Position numbers and translations under genes: made by a program. DNA of 61,473 nt from a virus (lineage: Duplodnaviria; Caudoviricetes). The notes beneath the pieces are model-generated. The model was not told where the DNA came from. It was given only the letters and a program-made list of their open reading frames with translations, and did not search any database. Shown in pieces: positions 57,173-61,473 of the stretch. Position 1 is the stretch's first letter. Each line of letters begins with the position of its first letter. Location: positions 1-61,473 of the IMG/VR virus record IMGVR_UViG_3300044731_000955, one strand, 5' to 3'.

Positions 57173-57370
57173 ATGGCAAGAAGCATTTCCCCCGATTCAG
57201 TTTCCAGTAAGGTTGCTGATTTAACATTAGGCGAACATCTTAGATTAGATAACCCATATACTTCCGTAATGGTTATGGTATCCAATTTAAAGAAAAAAGA
57301 TGCTCACAAAGATAAATTATTTAAGATTAAAGCTACTGACAACACTACTACTGTAACCAGAATAAAATAA
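57173..57370 (+). CDS. Small putative DNA-binding protein
   Basis: L--GE...V...S-LKK...F-I...V-R pattern; TAATTTTG promoter at 57149-57156. Confidence 0.55.
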   Translation: MARSISPDSVSSKVADLTLGEHLRLDNPYTSVMVMVSNLKKKDAHKDKLFKIKATDNTTTVTRIK

Positions 57371-57379
57371 ACCAATATT

Positions 57380-57742
57380 ATGCATATACAAACGATTAAC
57401 TACACTAGAACATTTAACTTAGGAAACTATTCTTCTGAAAAAATTGGCGTTGAATTTGCTCTCAATGAGGGTGAATCTGCTACTAAAGCCCTTGACTATG
57501 CAAGAGAGCTTGTGGAAGAGTATCACAAGCAAAATGTAATTAAATTAAAGGATTTAAATGAATTTTACCAAGAGATACCTGATGAAATTATTCCTACTCA
57601 ATCTAAAAAATCTTTAGCTGAAAAAACAATAGAGTTTATAAATGCCTGCAATACTAAAGAAGAGTTAAGAGCTTGGGAATTAATGGCTAAAAATAATCCA
57701 GAGGTATTGGAATCTTATAATGCTAAACATAAATCTTTATAA
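57380..57742 (+). CDS. Hypothetical phage protein
   Basis: Y-RTFNLGNY-SEKIG motif. Confidence 0.6.
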   Translation: MHIQTINYTRTFNLGNYSSEKIGVEFALNEGESATKALDYARELVEEYHKQNVIKLKDLNEFYQEIPDEIIPTQSKKSLAEKTIEFINACNTKEELRAWELMAKNNPEVLESYNAKHKSL

Positions 57743-57744
57743 CT

Positions 57745-58473
57745 ATGAATTGGAATGAAACACTAATCAGAGCAAGCTCTGTAGGATATATAATGACCGA
57801 ACCAGTAACCAAAGCGGACAAAGAAGCTGGGTTGCTTTCTAAGACCGCACAAAGACATTTGCTTGATGTTTATATTTCTAATAAGTATAATAGGAGTAAA
57901 GATATTCAAACAAAGCAAATGAAAAAAGGAATTGAAGTAGAGCAAGAATCGATTGATTTATTGTCTATGTTCTTAAAAAAACCTTTTGCTAAAAATACGG
58001 AAAGATTTTTAAATAAATACATAACAGGGTTACCAGATATTATTGATGATGGAATTATTGATATTAAATCTAGCTATGACCTATGGACATTCTTAGGTAA
58101 TATCCCAGATAAACTTGATAATTTATACTATTGGCAAATGATGTCATATATGTGGCTTACGGGTAAAACCAAAGCTACCATTGCTTATTGCCTTGTAAAT
58201 ACACCAGATAATATTATCCAACAAGAGAAGTATTATTTACTAAAAAAGCTAGATGTAATTTCAGAAGAAAGCCCAGAGTTTGTAAGAGAAGCTATGAAGT
58301 TAGAATTAAACATGAAGTTTGATGATATAGCTATGGAAGAAAGAATACTTATGTTTGAAGTTAATAGAAACGAAGATGATATTTTACGCATTGAGCAAAA
58401 AGTAGAAAAAGCAAGAGAATTTTTACAAGATATTGAAAACACCCACAAAAACTTTAATAATGGCAAAATCTAA
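57745..58473 (+). CDS. YqaJ/lambda-exonuclease-like PD-(D/E)xK nuclease
   Basis: RASS, M--G---E, ITGLPD, IDIKS, YYWQM-SYMWLTG. Confidence 0.85.
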   Translation: MNWNETLIRASSVGYIMTEPVTKADKEAGLLSKTAQRHLLDVYISNKYNRSKDIQTKQMKKGIEVEQESIDLLSMFLKKPFAKNTERFLNKYITGLPDIIDDGIIDIKSSYDLWTFLGNIPDKLDNLYYWQMMSYMWLTGKTKATIAYCLVNTPDNIIQQEKYYLLKKLDVISEESPEFVREAMKLELNMKFDDIAMEERILMFEVNRNEDDILRIEQKVEKAREFLQDIENTHKNFNNGKI

Positions 58474-58738
58474 AAAAGAAAAACAATTAAACCTTCCGCA
58501 AAATGCAGAACCATTAAACGGATGCGATTTCTGTATGCAATTTGATTATGATGAACCTCATGTAATTGGCGCAAGTGAAGATGCTGATGGAGTTTTAGAA
58601 TTAATAATAAAATCTTATCTAGATGCAGGTTTAACTTTTGTATGCCCAACTACACAAAAGAAATTAAGAATATATGCTAGACCATTATCAGATAAAGGAA
58701 AAGAAATTCTAAATCAACAAAAGGAAGTTAAAATTTAA
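58460..58738 (+). CDS. Hypothetical protein (likely start MAKSKK)
   Basis: ORF track 58433..58738; ATG at 58460 overlaps the end of the upstream gene. Confidence 0.55.
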   Translation: MAKSKKEKQLNLPQNAEPLNGCDFCMQFDYDEPHVIGASEDADGVLELIIKSYLDAGLTFVCPTTQKKLRIYARPLSDKGKEILNQQKEVKI

Positions 58739-58741
58739 CAA

Positions 58742-59140
58742 ATGAAATACTCTTCAAGTTTTACCCATGATTTAAATTTTGGAGAAATAGCAGAAAATTG
58801 GCTTAATATTTTATTTAAAGATGGTAAGCTTATTGAAGTTAAAAGTGATAGGCTTATCCATAAAACTGGTAATTTATTTATTGAATATAAGTCAAGAGAT
58901 AAACCAAGCGGATTAGCTACTACTACAGCTAATTATTGGATATACAGAATGGATATGATTGATACTGCTATTATATTGCCAACCGAATTATTAAAAAAAG
59001 TATGTAGAGTATATTATAAAAATAACGAATTTAAAATAAAAGGAGGAGATAATAATACTTCTGATGGGCTTTTAATACCACTAATAAGATTGCTAAAAGA
59101 TTTAGCATTATTAAGTCAAAACGATGAAAACACTATCTAA
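58742..59140 (+). CDS. PD-(D/E)xK endonuclease-like phage protein
   Basis: DL-FGE-AE...IEVKSD...TGNLFIEY...SG---T-A-YW. Confidence 0.7.
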   Translation: MKYSSSFTHDLNFGEIAENWLNILFKDGKLIEVKSDRLIHKTGNLFIEYKSRDKPSGLATTTANYWIYRMDMIDTAIILPTELLKKVCRVYYKNNEFKIKGGDNNTSDGLLIPLIRLLKDLALLSQNDENTI

Positions 59141-59421
59141 GATTTTTTATGAGTATTAGCAAACTTGCGAGCAGCTTCAACGCTACCAAAACCCCAAGCT
59201 TTTAATGCTAATGCTTTCCTTGTTGGTTCGCCATTAGGTTTTTTCATAGCTCCAAGCATACCAGCAAAGCGAGCTGCAAAAGAAACTCTACGAGGATTAA
59301 CACCAGACTTAACCGGAGCTTTTAAATTGCCACCAGTTTCTGCATTATAAGACGCACGACCTTTAGCGTTTAACCCACCTTTTTCGTTTTTGCCTTCTTT
59401 ACGTTGCCAAGCTCCAGCCAT
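59137..59421 (-). CDS. Basic phage protein (DUF6321-like)
   Basis: AWQRKEGKN-KGGLNAKGRASYN...R--SF-AR...LKAW. Confidence 0.75.
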   Translation of the reverse strand: MAGAWQRKEGKNEKGGLNAKGRASYNAETGGNLKAPVKSGVNPRRVSFAARFAGMLGAMKKPNGEPTRKALALKAWGFGSVEAARKFANTHKKS

Positions 59422-59423
59422 AA

Positions 59424-59579
59424 CTATTTCTTTTCTTCTGATTTAATTTTCTTTTCTTGCTTTAACATTTCGGCAGTTGGTTTTTTACCACTTCCTTTGT
59501 TAGCACGAATATTGTCCCATAAACCGCGTGGAGAATACGAGCCATCTGCTCGCTTCATCATTTTTAATTTACTTTTCAT
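59424..59579 (-). CDS. 51-aa basic protein (MKSKLKMMKRADGSYSPRGLWDNIRANKGSGKKPT...)
   Basis: ATG frame filling the gap between neighbours; below cutoff. Confidence 0.65.
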   Translation of the reverse strand: MKSKLKMMKRADGSYSPRGLWDNIRANKGSGKKPTAEMLKQEKKIKSEEKK

Positions 59580-59595
59580 ACCACTAAGATACGAA

Positions 59596-59871
59596 TTATT
59601 TCCAATTCTCAGACTTCCATATAGACAAATCTAGACCTTTTAAATTTTCAGGGGGCGTTGGTAGGTAATTAGCTATTTCCTCCAAATTTGGGGCAGCTGT
59701 GTCGTAAGGAGGCATATTCTTAAAAGGAGCGCCTCTTTTAATTTGCTTTTCGCCATAATTATCCATTAAATAATTTAACACAGATTGCGCCGATGTCAAA
59801 TTCTGCTCTTTTTGAATCATATTCAACTTATTTAAGTCAAATCTAACCCCAATTGGTTTGCTTTTTGCCAT
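59596..59871 (-). CDS. Ribbon-helix-helix-like DNA-binding protein
   Basis: KPIGVRF beta strand then two helices; upstream palindromic operator candidates. Confidence 0.55.
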   Translation of the reverse strand: MAKSKPIGVRFDLNKLNMIQKEQNLTSAQSVLNYLMDNYGEKQIKRGAPFKNMPPYDTAAPNLEEIANYLPTPPENLKGLDLSIWKSENWK

Positions 59872-59880
59872 ATAAATATT

Positions 59881-59922
59881 TTGTAGCTACAAAGATAGGA
59901 CAAATTTACCAATGTAGCTACA
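59881..59922. promoter_or_regulatory. Two TGTAGCTACA palindromes flanking a TATCTTTG -7 box
   Basis: 59882-59891 and 59913-59922; promoter box 59897-59890 on minus strand. Confidence 0.55.
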
Positions 59923-59939
59923 ATAATTAAGTTAACTTC

Positions 59940-60175
59940 CTTACCTATCCCCCCCCCTATCCCACCCATAACAAGCTACAAACAAACCTACCCAAACCAC
60001 CTACCAAACCAATGCAAGTGCAAGACCATACCAACCAAACCACAACCCCACCAAACCCACAGCAGTAAAGGGATAGCAAGGAACAAGACAACCAACCAAA
60101 AAGCAAGGGTACAGGGTGCAAGATAACCGCAACCCCAAAAAACGCCACCCCAAAAATATATAAGGGGTACCCTCA
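59940..60175. other. Strongly A/C-skewed low-complexity non-coding segment (G4-capable on minus strand)
   Basis: ccaaacc/accaacc words, C9 run at 59949-59957, GGGTACCC palindrome near 60165. Confidence 0.6.
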
Positions 60176-60268
60176 AAGAGATATTGATGTAGAACTTTTC
60201 GGAATTATTTTTAATATATTTTGGTCATGGTGGAAAAAATATTTCGTATATTTGGTAAAATTATCTTT

Positions 60269-60436
60269 ATGTACAAGAACATGATGGATTCAATGAAAAA
60301 GCCAGTTACAATGGAATCAAAGATGGCAAAGAAAAGCGCACCAAAGGCTGGTTTAAAAGGCAATCAAAGTAAGTTAGACGCCAATAAAAATGGCAAGATA
60401 GACTCAGAAGATTTTAAAATGCTAAGAAAAAAATAA
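60269..60436 (+). CDS. Small Lys-rich protein with EF-hand-like loop
   Basis: DANKNGKIDSEDF; TATATTTG at 60247-60254 favours ATG 60269 or 60281. Confidence 0.6.
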   Translation: MYKNMMDSMKKPVTMESKMAKKSAPKAGLKGNQSKLDANKNGKIDSEDFKMLRKK

Positions 60437-60440
60437 AGAT

Positions 60441-60662
60441 ATGTTATTAGAACAAATTACTACAGACTACGATACACAAGAACCAGCCCCAAAAGGCATG
60501 GTAAGAACCGAAATGGGACGCTTAGTTAAGAAAGCTGACCAAGATGCCTTTGAAAAGAAAAGTAGAGCCGCAATGCAAGCGCAATTCAAAAGCAGAGGTG
60601 CTTCATCTTTAAAAGAAAAGAAAGTCGGATATGCTTTAAAAGCAATGAAAAAGAAAAAATAA
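60441..60662 (+). CDS. Small basic hypothetical protein
   Basis: ORF follows previous by 4 nt. Confidence 0.55.
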   Translation: MLLEQITTDYDTQEPAPKGMVRTEMGRLVKKADQDAFEKKSRAAMQAQFKSRGASSLKEKKVGYALKAMKKKK

Positions 60663-60711
60663 TTATCCAATAGGAACAAGATGGTTCGGTTGATGTTTTC
60701 TCGTTTGACTT

Positions 60712-60739
60712 AGCCTCCCTTAAAAAAGGAGGTTTTTTT
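60712..60739 (+). terminator. Intrinsic terminator
   Basis: gcctcc...ggagg followed by T7. Confidence 0.75.
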
Positions 60740-60798
60740 ATGTACAGAAAGTTGTACAATGTTATAACATAATGTATCTTGCATCAAAATGAATCATA

Positions 60799-60951
60799 AT
60801 GAAACGTACAACAATTTATCTAACTCCAGAAGTTCATGAGAAACTTATAAAACTGGCAGACAAAAAAAGATGGTCGGTAACTAAGACAGTAGAATTTATT
60901 CTGTTAAAAACTTTAAAAGATAAAACTAATGTCAAAGAAAGTAATACTTAA
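60799..60951 (+). CDS. Arc/CopG-like ribbon-helix-helix protein, 50 aa
   Basis: MKRTTIYLTPEVHEKLIKLADKKRWSVTKTVEFIL; below ORF-track cutoff. Confidence 0.7.
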   Translation: MKRTTIYLTPEVHEKLIKLADKKRWSVTKTVEFILLKTLKDKTNVKESNT

Positions 60952-61387
60952 CATAACACCCCAGACCCATGTTAGGGCAACTCAGGGTGACTCCATCTTC
61001 TTCAGGATACCCAGAGAAAAATTACGTCCCGCCGGCCTAAGCAGATTACTGCGTTTAGAGAAATATAATAAGTATAAAGTCGATTTATGCGCAGAAGCCA
61101 AATCTAAGCAATTCGTCCTTCCCCCAGTAGGAGCCTCCATTACTTTCTTTCTTCCAGTCCCACCCTCTTGGTCAAAGAAGAAAAAAAAATTACACCATGG
61201 GCGATTCCACCAATCCAAACCTGACATCGATAATCTCCAGAAAGCTTTCCTAGATTCCCTGATGGCAGAAGACAAACAAGTAGCTCACCTCGAAGTACAA
61301 AAGCGATGGGTAGACTTTGAAATAGGATGGATTGAGATTTCCTACAAAGCCTACGAAGAAGTACTTGCTCTCCCCTCCCCCAAATAA
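60929..61387 (+). CDS. rusA: RusA-like Holliday junction resolvase
   Basis: F-LP-P-SWSKKK...KPDIDNL-KA-LDSL--EDKQV. Confidence 0.88.
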   Translation: MSKKVILNITPQTHVRATQGDSIFFRIPREKLRPAGLSRLLRLEKYNKYKVDLCAEAKSKQFVLPPVGASITFFLPVPPSWSKKKKKLHHGRFHQSKPDIDNLQKAFLDSLMAEDKQVAHLEVQKRWVDFEIGWIEISYKAYEEVLALPSPK

Positions 61388-61473
61388 GATTCCGCCAAAG
61401 ACTCCGCGTCTATGAGTATTATATACACACATTCTCTATTTAACATAATATTTATTATAAGATTAGTTTTTTT

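Noticed and set aside
59957-60176. Hydrophobic Gly/Trp/Val ORFs on the minus strand
   Set aside because: By-products of G/T skew; non-ATG starts and no plausible leader
1-61473. Alternative genetic code (TAG/TGA recoding as in some crAss phages) and circularity
   Set aside because: Long genes are intact in code 11, TAG and TGA both serve as ordinary stops, and window ends share no repeat

Overview
This AT-rich window is most of the genome of a tailed dsDNA phage. It appears linear, with a gene cut at the left edge and no terminal repeat seen. The host is very probably Bacteroidota: TAnnTTTG -7 promoter boxes, A-rich leaders without Shine-Dalgarno sites, a BT4734-like primase and a DUF4373-like initiator all point that way. 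From right to left on the minus strand it carries a crAss-like podovirus morphogenesis module: TerL, portal, scaffold, MCP, three ring proteins, GroES, a muzzle/stabilisation protein, four putative ejection proteins, ferritin and three S74-chaperone tail fibres. A glycosyltransferase island and a membrane-protein-rich lysis cassette with an M15 endolysin follow. The right end has lambdoid-type replication/recombination genes (SSB, primase-helicase, initiator, NinG, YqaJ, RusA); I recognise no DNA or RNA polymerase. The most striking feature is a candidate virion protein O-glycosylation system. Six glycosyltransferase genes (seven GT domains), including a TibC/AAH-like protein heptosyltransferase and a GT96/GT95-like peptidyl-Ser/Hyp transferase, co-occur with mucin-like TTTTTAAP tracts on four putative virion proteins and Gly-Ser/Thr collagen-like tracts with a C1q/BclA-like domain in the main fibre. 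Other oddities are a muzzle gene apparently split by a Thr-rich insert, a perfect 3x390 bp repeat, a palindrome-packed non-coding block with candidate small RNAs, a recurring TGTAGCTACA operator candidate and a strongly skewed G4-capable segment. All family calls come from motif recognition by eye, not from database searches.
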